Shown here one piece after another: positions 1 to 8,918 of a DNA stretch of 56,471 nt (position 1 is its first letter; each line of letters begins with the position of its first letter). Made by a program: the position numbers and the translations under genes. The notes beneath the pieces are model-generated. The model ran no database searches, was not told the DNA's origin, and saw only the letters and a program-made list of their open reading frames with translations. Source of the stretch: a virus; IMG/VR virus record IMGVR_UViG_3300045988_098109; one strand, written 5' to 3'.

Positions 1-351
1 TACCGGAAAACAAAGAGTGGAAAGATTTTAGTTTTTGTACAGGCTCCATAATCGGAAGCGTCGAGATAATAGACTGTGTACAAAACCATCCTTCCATCTA
101 GGCAGAGAAAGGAGTTTATAACTGGGTACTAGCTAACCCTATTCTCTACGAAAATCCAATTGAGGACGTGAAAGGCAAATTATCCTTTTGGGATTATCCC
201 GGTATCAAAGAGGTAAAGATAGAATGTCCGGAATGTGGCAGTATAGAAATAGCTATTGAGGACTATACAACGGCACCATTCCCAACTTATTTGCATAGGT
301 GTAATAAGTGTGAACATGTGATTATAGAAAGTGAGTGGAAGGAGGTAAAAC
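1..351. repeat. Left arm of terminal inverted repeat (partner 56121-56471)
   Basis: The reverse complement of 56121-56471 equals 1-351 apart from 3 mismatches (left positions 100, 162, 254). The first 99 nt are identical. Confidence 0.95.
3..101 (+). pseudogene. ASCH/PUA-like domain protein, C-terminal fragment
   Basis: Frame 3 reads PENKEWKDFSFCTGSIIGSVEIIDCVQNHPSI and then TAG (99-101). The ORF runs off the left edge. The inverted right-hand copy has TGG at this codon and continues into the zinc-ribbon part. Confidence 0.5.
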
Positions 352-356
352 TATGA
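168..356 (+). CDS. Small zinc-ribbon protein (CPECG..CNKCE)
   Basis: 62-aa ORF with a GTG start and two CxxC pairs. It is 97 percent identical to the C-terminus of the continuous ORF at 56113-56471. Separate expression is uncertain. Confidence 0.45.
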   Translation: MKGKLSFWDYPGIKEVKIECPECGSIEIAIEDYTTAPFPTYLHRCNKCEHVIIESEWKEVKL

Positions 357-463
357 GAGATTTTTATGAACTGATAAACCAATATCCATGGACTACTATT
401 TTTCTTGCTATTTTCATTTATGAAGTGATTAAATGTGTAATGTCTAATTTGAAAAAGAAATAG
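353..463 (+). CDS. 36-aa putative membrane peptide
   Basis: ATGA overlap with the preceding stop and GGAGG upstream. Sequence MRDFYELINQYPWTTIFLAIFIYEVIKCVMSNLKKK has one hydrophobic helix. It is below the ORF-track size cutoff. Confidence 0.35.
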   Translation: MRDFYELINQYPWTTIFLAIFIYEVIKCVMSNLKKK

Positions 464-564
464 CCATGAGCAAACTATACAAAGTAACTATTTTCGGGGA
501 ATCATTCCTAATCGGGTGGTTCCCTTTTTCTTCACGCTAGTATAACAAGCTAAAGATAATCAAA
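464..564. repeat. Second inverted-repeat block (partner 54854-54954)
   Basis: 101 nt match the reverse complement of 54854-54954 with 2 mismatches. Confidence 0.9.
466..540 (+). pseudogene. Truncated copy of the 33-aa hydrophobic peptide gene
   Basis: Reads MSKLYKVTIFGESFLIGWFPFSSR then TAG (538-540). The right-hand copy (54851-54952) has TGG at this codon and continues WYNKLKIIK. Confidence 0.35.
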
Positions 565-573
565 CAACACATA

Positions 574-606
574 ACAAAGTATTGACAAGCCGTGTCAGTA
601 CTTTGT
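574..606. promoter_or_regulatory. Palindrome ACAAAGTATTGACA-N5-TGTCAGTACTTTGT upstream of the ParB-like operon
   Basis: 14-nt arms with 1 mismatch. The TGACA-N5-TGTCA core recurs at 11826-11844. The right arm overlaps a TACTTTG -7-like box. Confidence 0.4.
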
Positions 607-673
607 TTTCCTCATTTTTCCCCTTAGCTCCCTTATTAAGTACCTTCGTTTCTGTAACGCAAAAAAAGCAATT

Positions 674-1264
674 ATGGAAATTATTTACAGAAAACTAGAG
701 GAACTGAAGAAACTGGAAAACAATCCAAGAACTATTTCGGATGAACAGCTGGACAAACTTAAAGAGTCAATCCGAAACAATCCGGATTATTTCGAAGCCC
801 GACCGATCATCCTGTCAGACCGTACTGGCGAATTGATCATTATAGCCGGAAACCAAAGGTATGATGCCTGTATATCGCTAGGTATGCAACAAGTACCGAC
901 CGTTCTTATTCCCAACCTGACCGAGGAAAGGGAACGTGAGCTAATCATACGTGATAACGTTAACAACGGACAATGGGACATAACCAAGTTGTTTGACTGG
1001 GATTGTAACGAGTTGCTTAATTGGGGTATGGAAGGCATCAGCTTTCCTGATCCGACAGATTTTTCAGAAGATATAGAAGACAGTCATAATGTACTCAAGA
1101 ACGCAAACTATGAAGCCGGAGCTCATATCAAATATTTAGTATTTGAGGGGTATAAGATTCCAGTCAGTGAAAGCGAACTGGAAGCACTGAAAGCACGGGC
1201 TTCTGAATATTTGGATAAGAACGGTGTAATGGTTGGTTTTGTTAATAATCTACTTGGCTTATGA
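674..1264 (+). CDS. ParB-like N-terminal (nuclease/sulfiredoxin-fold) domain protein
   Basis: 196 aa with ParB-N type motifs (LENNPRTIS...IIAGNQRYDAC). ATGA overlap with the next gene. Confidence 0.7.
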   Translation: MEIIYRKLEELKKLENNPRTISDEQLDKLKESIRNNPDYFEARPIILSDRTGELIIIAGNQRYDACISLGMQQVPTVLIPNLTEERERELIIRDNVNNGQWDITKLFDWDCNELLNWGMEGISFPDPTDFSEDIEDSHNVLKNANYEAGAHIKYLVFEGYKIPVSESELEALKARASEYLDKNGVMVGFVNNLLGL

Positions 1265-2682
1265 TGGAATACATAGACATATCAATATTGAACCCGGCAG
1301 AATATAACCCACGCCTGCTCACTAATGAAGCACAAGAAGATTTAAAAAAATCCATCAAGGAATTAGGCATTATCAAACCGATCATCATACGTCAATCGGA
1401 TAAACGTATCATGGCAGGACACCAACGTACAAAGACAATGAAGCTGCTTGGGTATACCCATGTTCCAGCCTTTATTCTTGACGGTGTAAACTCCACCGAT
1501 GAAGTAAGGTTCAACCAACTTCACAACTATGCGGAATGTGAGTTGTCGGAAATCCAACCAGAAATCAATGTAAGTCTTCCTAAAGGAACAGAAGGATTTT
1601 ATACTGTATCCAACAAAGATATCTCCATTCTTTCCAAAGGAGGAAACAACTCACGTGTTGTTGACCTTACGAAAATGATTCTCCGTTACGGCCAGTTTGC
1701 AAATGCCATATGTGACCATACCGGGAAAGTGATCATCTCAACAGTATATGCCAAAACGGTAAAACTATTAGGTATGGACCTACTTGTATATGTCCTTCCA
1801 GAAGGGAAAGAAGAAATCGCGCTCAAATACTTCTCTAAGGAATATGGAGTGTTCGAGTATTCCCATCTGGAACGAAAGACCTATATACAGTCTTTTGCCC
1901 AAAAGGCACGGCTACGGCAAAAGAACGGGGTTCCAAGCAAGCGTAGCCATTCAACGTTGTATGAAACGCAGGTTATACCATACATCACCAAGGATATGCG
2001 CATACTCGATTTCGGTGCCGGACAAAAGGATTACGCAACCATACTGAAGAAAAAAGGCTATCTCATTGACGCCATTGAATTCTTCCACCGCAAAGATGGA
2101 GCGGACATCATTGATGAAAAGGAAATCAGGCAAGACTGTGCTTCCATATGCAAGACCTTGTCGGACTACGGGCTGTACGATGTGGTTGTGTGCGATAGCG
2201 TGTTGAACTCTGTGAACTCAGAAGAGGATGAAAAGAATGTCTTACTTTCGTTATCAGCATTATGCAAGCCCGGAGGAATGATATTCTGGTCTGGCATTCC
2301 GCTGCTGTTCGCCCAGAAATCATCTGAACGCAAGGAAACACACGACCATCGTTCTAAAGCCGTATTTCTTGACGCAAAGAACTTCACAGCCAACTTCCGT
2401 TTTGGTGAATGGTACTTCCAGCATTATCATTCCACAGCTGACATCATCAGATTAAACACAGCTTACATCGGAAAGGATTTTAACATATTCGATAAAGGAA
2501 TGAAGATAAGCCCAGAAAAAGAGTTAAGAGGTTCGTCATTTCAAGTAGCATCAACCAACGGAAGGAGCGCAAGTAAGAATGATTATCTGAAAGCGTTGCA
2601 ATATGAATTCACACTTCCTCTTCCCAATAATCGCAAATGGGATCTGGACAAAGAAATTATACCAATCTTTAAAACACTATAA
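1261..2682 (+). CDS. ParB-like N-terminal domain fused to a class I SAM-dependent methyltransferase domain
   Basis: 473 aa. The N-terminus has YNPRLL..IMAGHQRTK. The centre has the SAM motif I ILDFGAGQKDY and VVCDSVLNSV. Confidence 0.6.
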   Translation: MMEYIDISILNPAEYNPRLLTNEAQEDLKKSIKELGIIKPIIIRQSDKRIMAGHQRTKTMKLLGYTHVPAFILDGVNSTDEVRFNQLHNYAECELSEIQPEINVSLPKGTEGFYTVSNKDISILSKGGNNSRVVDLTKMILRYGQFANAICDHTGKVIISTVYAKTVKLLGMDLLVYVLPEGKEEIALKYFSKEYGVFEYSHLERKTYIQSFAQKARLRQKNGVPSKRSHSTLYETQVIPYITKDMRILDFGAGQKDYATILKKKGYLIDAIEFFHRKDGADIIDEKEIRQDCASICKTLSDYGLYDVVVCDSVLNSVNSEEDEKNVLLSLSALCKPGGMIFWSGIPLLFAQKSSERKETHDHRSKAVFLDAKNFTANFRFGEWYFQHYHSTADIIRLNTAYIGKDFNIFDKGMKISPEKELRGSSFQVASTNGRSASKNDYLKALQYEFTLPLPNNRKWDLDKEIIPIFKTL

Positions 2683-2685
2683 ACA

Positions 2686-3228
2686 ATGGCAGCACCTAAA
2701 GGAAATCAGTTTTGGATGTTACGCAGCAAGCATGGCAGGGATAAACTCTTCGCCACGCCTGAAGCGTTATGGGAGGCGGCGTGCGAATATTTCCAATGGT
2801 GTGATGAAAACCCATGGACAACAAGAAAGGCTATACAACGTACCATGCCTGTTAGACGCAAAAAAGGTAAAAGAACAGAAACTGTTAATGAACAGCAAAC
2901 ACAACAAGAAGTTTCACCTACACAGCGCCCCTACTCTCTCACCGGATTATGTATCTATCTAGGTACTTCATCACGTTGGTGGAGTAGCTTCAGAAGTGAA
3001 TGCATGAAAAAAAATGATGAAGATTTTTTGCACGTCATCGCGCGGGTGGAAGAAACCATCGAGACTCAACAATTTGAAGGAGCCTGTGTTGGCGCTTTCA
3101 ATGCAAACATTATAGCCCGAAAGCTAGGGTTGTCCGACAAACAGGAAGTGGATCATACAACACAAGGCAAACCCTTCAACGGATTTGACTTTCTTCCCTA
3201 TACTCCCGAAGCTGACAAATTGAAGTGA
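2686..3228 (+). CDS. terS: Terminase small subunit
   Basis: 180 aa. The N-terminus PKGNQFWMLRSKHGRDKLFATPEALWEAACEYFQWC is typical of phage small terminases. It lies directly upstream of TerL. Confidence 0.7.
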   Translation: MAAPKGNQFWMLRSKHGRDKLFATPEALWEAACEYFQWCDENPWTTRKAIQRTMPVRRKKGKRTETVNEQQTQQEVSPTQRPYSLTGLCIYLGTSSRWWSSFRSECMKKNDEDFLHVIARVEETIETQQFEGACVGAFNANIIARKLGLSDKQEVDHTTQGKPFNGFDFLPYTPEADKLK

Positions 3229-3229
3229 T

Positions 3230-4546
3230 ATGGAGCAAAAGGTTAACTTAAAACAGCGATTGGCATACAATTTTCTTCGTGACAGCAAAACGAAATTTTT
3301 ATTGTATGGTGGTGCCGGAGGTGGTGGTAAATCATGGCTAGGCTGTGAATGGCTGATGCAATGTGCCTACTATCTTCCCGGTACTCGCTGGTTTGTTGGC
3401 CGAAATAATTTGAAGGATAGCCGTGAGTCCGTTACCGTGACCTTCAATAAGGTAGCATCTTCTCACAGCTTCACGGCATACAAGACAACAAATGAAGGGA
3501 TAGCCTTCGACAACGGAAGTGAAATCGTTTATATTGACTTGACGTATTATCCGGTGAAAGATCCGATGTATGAACGATTGGGGTCTAAGGAATATACAGG
3601 AGGATGGATAGAGGAAGCTGGTGAAGTGCACTACCTTGCCTTCGAAGTCTTGAAAACCCGTATCGGCCGCCACATGAACGATGTATACCATGTACCCGGA
3701 AAGATACTTATCACCTGTAACCCGAAGAAAAACTGGCTATACCGTGAATTCTACAAGCCCTGGAAAGAAGACAAATTACAAGCTCCTTATGCATTTATCC
3801 AAGCTTTGGTGCAGGATAATCCTTGGGCAACAGAAGACTACATCGAAAGTCTTCGAAACACAAAAGACCGGGTAACAAAGGAACGCCTATATTTCGGCAA
3901 TTGGGAGTATGATAATGACCCGACTGCCCTGTGTAACTACGACGCTATCTGTGACTTGTTCACGAATGAGTTCATTGCTCCTGCAGGTGAATCTACCGGT
4001 TCTGCAGACCTTGCAATGAAGGGACGAGACAGATTTATCGCCGGTCATTGGAAAGGGAATGTGTGTTTTATCAAACTGGATCAGGAATACAGTACTGGAA
4101 AATCCATTGAAACAGACCTGAAGCGGATGATGATAGAATGCTCAATTCCTCGTAGTAAGATGATTGCGGACTCTGACGGATTGGGGAACTATCTTGAAAG
4201 CTATCTGAACGGTATCAAGGAGTTTCATGGAGGAGCACGACCTATTAATCCTGAATTTGACAATTTGAAATCAGAGTGTGCCTTCAAACTGGCTGAGATG
4301 ATTAACAATCGATTGCTTCGTATCGTATGCACGGAAGCACAGCGGGAACGGATCATTGAAGAATTGTCAGTTCTCAAACAAGCACATATTGATGCAGACA
4401 CACGGAAGAAAGGAATAATCAGCAAAGAAAAAATGAAAGAAATATTAGGTCATTCCACAGATTACCTTGATATGCTGATAATGGCAATGATATTCCGCAT
4501 CAAACCAACACCAAAACGACCAAAAGCAAAAATAGGAAAGATATGA
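3230..4546 (+). CDS. terL: Terminase large subunit
   Basis: 438 aa with Walker A LLYGGAGGGGKSW. Position follows TerS. Confidence 0.85.
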   Translation: MEQKVNLKQRLAYNFLRDSKTKFLLYGGAGGGGKSWLGCEWLMQCAYYLPGTRWFVGRNNLKDSRESVTVTFNKVASSHSFTAYKTTNEGIAFDNGSEIVYIDLTYYPVKDPMYERLGSKEYTGGWIEEAGEVHYLAFEVLKTRIGRHMNDVYHVPGKILITCNPKKNWLYREFYKPWKEDKLQAPYAFIQALVQDNPWATEDYIESLRNTKDRVTKERLYFGNWEYDNDPTALCNYDAICDLFTNEFIAPAGESTGSADLAMKGRDRFIAGHWKGNVCFIKLDQEYSTGKSIETDLKRMMIECSIPRSKMIADSDGLGNYLESYLNGIKEFHGGARPINPEFDNLKSECAFKLAEMINNRLLRIVCTEAQRERIIEELSVLKQAHIDADTRKKGIISKEKMKEILGHSTDYLDMLIMAMIFRIKPTPKRPKAKIGKI

Positions 4547-5079
4547 CAGTAAAAGAATTTTTGATAATAAGCAGCATTGCCACCGAACCCGAGGTCATTA
4601 GAACCAAGTTGGATGAACTGAAAAAACCTTATCAACTAGGGCAGTATAAGACACCAGATACCCTAAACGACATAAATATGGGAGAACTGATGCAACTGCA
4701 ATCCATCGAAACAGAACACGATATATTGTTCGTTCCCTGTACTGTACTGATGGGGCTGAGTAAACGTTATATATCCCAACTTCCAGCTAGCGATGTACTG
4801 GGATTCGTACAATGGGTGGCCAAAGAAGTTGAACGAATAAATAAACTATTCGCGTCGACTAATGTACCACCCACACCCGAAGAGAAGCAAGCAGGATCCG
4901 AATTGCTAAATTTTGGACCTTTCGGCATGATTGATTACTATGCGCAGCGCATGGGTATCACTGATCATGCAGAAGTAGACAGCGTGCCATGGGTCAGAGT
5001 ATATAAATGTCTTGACATGGACGCCAAAAGAGTAAGATTCGAACGTAGATTAAGAAACATATTAAGTAAGAAGAAATGA
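4543..5079 (+). CDS. Hypothetical protein (virion module)
   Basis: 178-aa ORF with ATGA overlap to TerL. No family recognised. Confidence 0.5.
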   Translation: MTVKEFLIISSIATEPEVIRTKLDELKKPYQLGQYKTPDTLNDINMGELMQLQSIETEHDILFVPCTVLMGLSKRYISQLPASDVLGFVQWVAKEVERINKLFASTNVPPTPEEKQAGSELLNFGPFGMIDYYAQRMGITDHAEVDSVPWVRVYKCLDMDAKRVRFERRLRNILSKKK

Positions 5080-5540
5080 CGGTAGAGCAAAAAATTAAAA
5101 AGATAGTAGACTCCATGGAGGGTGTAAGTTACCTTTTTGACAACTGGCAAACAGCCAATATAAGACTGGACAAGATTAAATTGCCGGCAGTGCTTAATCT
5201 CCTTCCTGTAAGCGGAACTTTTAATCTAGGCAGACAGCAGTTAAGAGACTGCCCTAACTGTATGATGGCCTTCATGGATAAAACCAAGTTCGATTTTGAT
5301 GGCACAGAAAATGATGCAGTGATAGAAGGATGCAAGAATAAAGCCAAAGAATTCATATTGCTATTGAACAGGAGTGGGATGTTCAAAGAAATATCAGGAG
5401 ATATCCCTTATTCTGTTTTCTATGACAAGCTGGATGTTAATGTAACCGGAATAGTTATCCAACTTAAGTTAGAAGAGATAATGGGTACTGTTATTTGCAA
5501 CAAGAGCGTGAAAGAGATTGTATATGGCAGCAGAAACTAA
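5076..5540 (+). CDS. Hypothetical protein (virion module)
   Basis: 154-aa ORF, translationally coupled (ATGA). Confidence 0.5.
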   Translation: MTVEQKIKKIVDSMEGVSYLFDNWQTANIRLDKIKLPAVLNLLPVSGTFNLGRQQLRDCPNCMMAFMDKTKFDFDGTENDAVIEGCKNKAKEFILLLNRSGMFKEISGDIPYSVFYDKLDVNVTGIVIQLKLEEIMGTVICNKSVKEIVYGSRN

Positions 5541-6006
5541 AGCCGGAACCCTAAGGATAATAGGTGAAGAGCTGGAAGCGTTACGCAAGCGAATTATAGC
5601 CAACCATGAAGCAGCCGGACAAGTAGCCAGTGGAAGGACAAAGGGCAGTCTGAAAGTAGAAATGTCGGAGGACGGAGGCGTTTTGTGGGGCAGGCAGGCA
5701 TTCGCGGTACTAGAAACCGGACGTGGGCCAGGGAAAGTTCCGAAAGGATTTTACAAGATTATCCGCCAATGGGTGGAAGATAAGGGTATACAAGTAAAGA
5801 AGCCCGATTCCTTCGCCTACCTTGTCGCTAGAAAGATAGCCAAGGAAGGAACGGAACTATACCGAAACAGAAAACATGAGGAAATCTATTCCCGTGATCT
5901 AGAAAATACCGTGGACAATATAGCTAGCAGGGTATCGGCTATATATGAAACAGAAGTTGAACATATAAATCTGAATTTCGACAATGAGAACACATACGAT
6001 AGATAA
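5524..6006 (+). CDS. Hypothetical protein, weak HK97 gp10-like tail-component resemblance
   Basis: ATG at 5524 preferred over the TTG at 5518. About 160 aa, with ...VLETGRGPGKVPKGF.... Confidence 0.4.
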   Translation: MAAETKAGTLRIIGEELEALRKRIIANHEAAGQVASGRTKGSLKVEMSEDGGVLWGRQAFAVLETGRGPGKVPKGFYKIIRQWVEDKGIQVKKPDSFAYLVARKIAKEGTELYRNRKHEEIYSRDLENTVDNIASRVSAIYETEVEHINLNFDNENTYDR

Positions 6007-7075
6007 TACAACAATTGAATATCCTGACCAAATAGGATTCTGCTTTAATCCTGTGATAATAAATATCCTTGGCGGAAACTATCAATCTGTTACTGCAACG
6101 GTAACGGACACCACCACAGCCACATCAGACAGAGAGAACAGAGCGACGTTCGGTGGTTCCTGCTTCTTTGACCTATCATTCTATACGCAGAGCTATTTTG
6201 ACGAATACAGAGAAGTCGATTACAAGTCAACTCACGCCGAAGATAGTAAGTTAGGACGTCTGTTTAGCATAGAGCTTGATATGTATAACGAATCAGGAAC
6301 ACTTGAAAACAGCTTCCAGTTCAACGTATTCATATTGTGGGGAGCCAGTAAGGTTGGAGAGCAGTATAATGGAAGCCGAGTGCTGACATGGTTCAAAAAC
6401 TACCCATTCTCTGTAGGCTTATACTCTGCAACATCAGGGAATGTAAAAGTAACTATAGATGGTTCCGAAAGCTCCCCTATCGCATTATCAGGACAAAATG
6501 CATGGAATATCATTCTTGCTGGAATAGATGCTTCAGACAGGGTGGAATTTTATCTACCTGGAAGTAATACGGCAGCATCTGTTTTTGACCACACCTTTGA
6601 TTTCACCTTCCGAGGGCTGCTCAATATGGCCACAAAGATCACTTGTAAGGTTGACAATTCAGACTGTGGAATATACTTGAGATGGATCAACCGCCATGGA
6701 ATGTGGTGTTACTGGCTATTCATGCAAGGAAACGAGACTTCGCAGGTATCCAATGACGGAGAGTTCATCAGAAACAATATGCAGGATTACAGTTACAAGA
6801 ACGGATACCATGGAGGTAGCGGACGAAAGCAAAGGAAAATGGAAGAAACGACACTTCCCGTATGCGCTCCATTAATAGACAGCATAACTTATGACTTCCT
6901 TTACCAAATGGCCACATCTCCTGTTGTTGATATGTTCATGGGCTATGATGATAACGGTAACGCCAGATGGATGGCCGTAAATGTGTCTGTGGGAAATTTC
7001 GTCAAACAGCGGGTATCACTGCAAGACTTTGAAGCGAACATTATATTACCTGAAACTAACGTGCAGAGCTTATGA
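5984..7075 (+). CDS. Hypothetical structural protein
   Basis: 363-aa ORF in the coupled gene chain. Confidence 0.5.
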   Translation: MRTHTIDNTTIEYPDQIGFCFNPVIINILGGNYQSVTATVTDTTTATSDRENRATFGGSCFFDLSFYTQSYFDEYREVDYKSTHAEDSKLGRLFSIELDMYNESGTLENSFQFNVFILWGASKVGEQYNGSRVLTWFKNYPFSVGLYSATSGNVKVTIDGSESSPIALSGQNAWNIILAGIDASDRVEFYLPGSNTAASVFDHTFDFTFRGLLNMATKITCKVDNSDCGIYLRWINRHGMWCYWLFMQGNETSQVSNDGEFIRNNMQDYSYKNGYHGGSGRKQRKMEETTLPVCAPLIDSITYDFLYQMATSPVVDMFMGYDDNGNARWMAVNVSVGNFVKQRVSLQDFEANIILPETNVQSL

Positions 7076-8916
7076 CAGAACAACTACTATTCATAGATAA
7101 CAAAGCAATGGATATTAATGAAAGTACCAATATCACATTGAATTTTAGAAGTAATATTTTTAGCGATGTAAGCAAGATCACAAGCAACAACACATACTCC
7201 ATCAAGCTACCTTTGACAGTCAACAACTGTCATGTGATTAATTATGCGCATCTCCCATCCCATTCAGCACAATATGCTCGTATCAACCACAAAGGACGCT
7301 ATTTGCGCAATGGGATTGAAATCATACCGGACGCCAGCGTCATTCTTATAGAAATATCCGAAACCATAGATATAGCCATGACATGGGGCAATGTTTCTAA
7401 ATTTGCAGAAATTGTAAATGACAACAAGACATTGCAGGATTTATCGTACGGCAGGACAGAAAACGAAGATTACATCATTTGGAAGAAAGGAGACAATTCG
7501 CCCCGAATACCTAAAATTGATTATGGCTTTAAAAATGATGAGCCGGCTGCCTGGTATCACCCTGTGGTTACAGCTATGTGGGTTTTGAACAAAATAGAAG
7601 CTGATGCCGATATCACCTTTAAATTCCAAGAACAACACTACGAACTGTTGAAAACTTTAGTTATTCCATTGCTTTCAAGAAATAGCGCACCAAAAGAAAT
7701 CGAAGCTCGCACTACAACTTTAACAAATGACGGAATATCTCCATATAATATTCCAGGAGGATGGATTCTCAAAATATTCCAATTTGTGGAAAGTGGATCT
7801 GACTATTATGTGGCTATAACAAAAGATTCGTCAGGCAAGGTAATCGGATTCAAGCCGCAGAAAGAGAACGTACCCCTTAGAATTATTGGAACTATCAATA
7901 TAATAGTCAATACTAGCCAGGAACCACAAAGTTCAGGTGAATATGGTGTTTCTTTCGATATACGGAACAAAGAATCCATAACCAGCAAGTTGAAATTCAG
8001 GTGTAATCCGAGTATATCTTTATTACAAGAAAATCAATACAGGTATTCTTTCGCTATAGATGGGGAGTTTAATCCAGGAGATACAGAGGAACTCAGCGCT
8101 ATACTGTACGATCCTTATGCAGAATTGGGGAATTATACAATAGAAGAAGGAAGCTATGTCAAAATAACGATGCGAGATACTGTCTATTTGAAAGACACTG
8201 ATGAAGCAAACTCCCGGTTCTATTATGTTCCAAACCTACCTGATATAAAACAGATAGACTTTATCAAAGCTATAGCATCTATTTGTGGAACTTTTGCCAT
8301 TCCCGGCAATGGAAATGTCGTAAGCTTCGTTCCTATTGATACCATCATAGAAAATAAGACCAAAGCTCTGAACTGGACCAAAAGAGTTATCGCCTCATAT
8401 AGTGCAAACCGTCCTAAAAATATATCTTTCAAAATTGACGGATTCTCTCAAAGAAATGTATACAAATGGAAAAATGACGACAAATACAATGGAATCATAT
8501 ACGTTGACGATAAGACTTTGGAATATGAACAGGAAACGCTGACATTGCCTTTCGCAGCGTCTGAAATGAAAGGTGGAATCGCAACTATCCCGATATATTC
8601 CTATACATCTGACGGAGCTTTACAATATAACGAAAGTACAGATCCCAGACTACTGGTCCTAAAGAACGACAATACAGCAACTTTTGACGGTCTGGACTGG
8701 AACACTATTATTGAAAACAACTACAAATCTTATCAGAAATATATCAGAGAACCTAAGATTATTACCGAGCTGGTAGAAATCAGAGATCATGAATTACGAA
8801 ACTTGGATATGTCTGTACCTGTTTATCTGGCCCAATATGGAAAATATTACGCAGTCATATCAATAAAAGCAGAGAAAACAGGTATTTGCGAATGTAAACT
8901 TTTTCAATTGGATTAA
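7072..8916 (+). CDS. Hypothetical large structural protein (tail/baseplate-like)
   Basis: 614-aa ORF with ATGA overlap upstream, immediately before the tape-measure-like gene. Confidence 0.5.
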   Translation: MTEQLLFIDNKAMDINESTNITLNFRSNIFSDVSKITSNNTYSIKLPLTVNNCHVINYAHLPSHSAQYARINHKGRYLRNGIEIIPDASVILIEISETIDIAMTWGNVSKFAEIVNDNKTLQDLSYGRTENEDYIIWKKGDNSPRIPKIDYGFKNDEPAAWYHPVVTAMWVLNKIEADADITFKFQEQHYELLKTLVIPLLSRNSAPKEIEARTTTLTNDGISPYNIPGGWILKIFQFVESGSDYYVAITKDSSGKVIGFKPQKENVPLRIIGTINIIVNTSQEPQSSGEYGVSFDIRNKESITSKLKFRCNPSISLLQENQYRYSFAIDGEFNPGDTEELSAILYDPYAELGNYTIEEGSYVKITMRDTVYLKDTDEANSRFYYVPNLPDIKQIDFIKAIASICGTFAIPGNGNVVSFVPIDTIIENKTKALNWTKRVIASYSANRPKNISFKIDGFSQRNVYKWKNDDKYNGIIYVDDKTLEYEQETLTLPFAASEMKGGIATIPIYSYTSDGALQYNESTDPRLLVLKNDNTATFDGLDWNTIIENNYKSYQKYIREPKIITELVEIRDHELRNLDMSVPVYLAQYGKYYAVISIKAEKTGICECKLFQLD

Positions 8917-8918
8917 TT

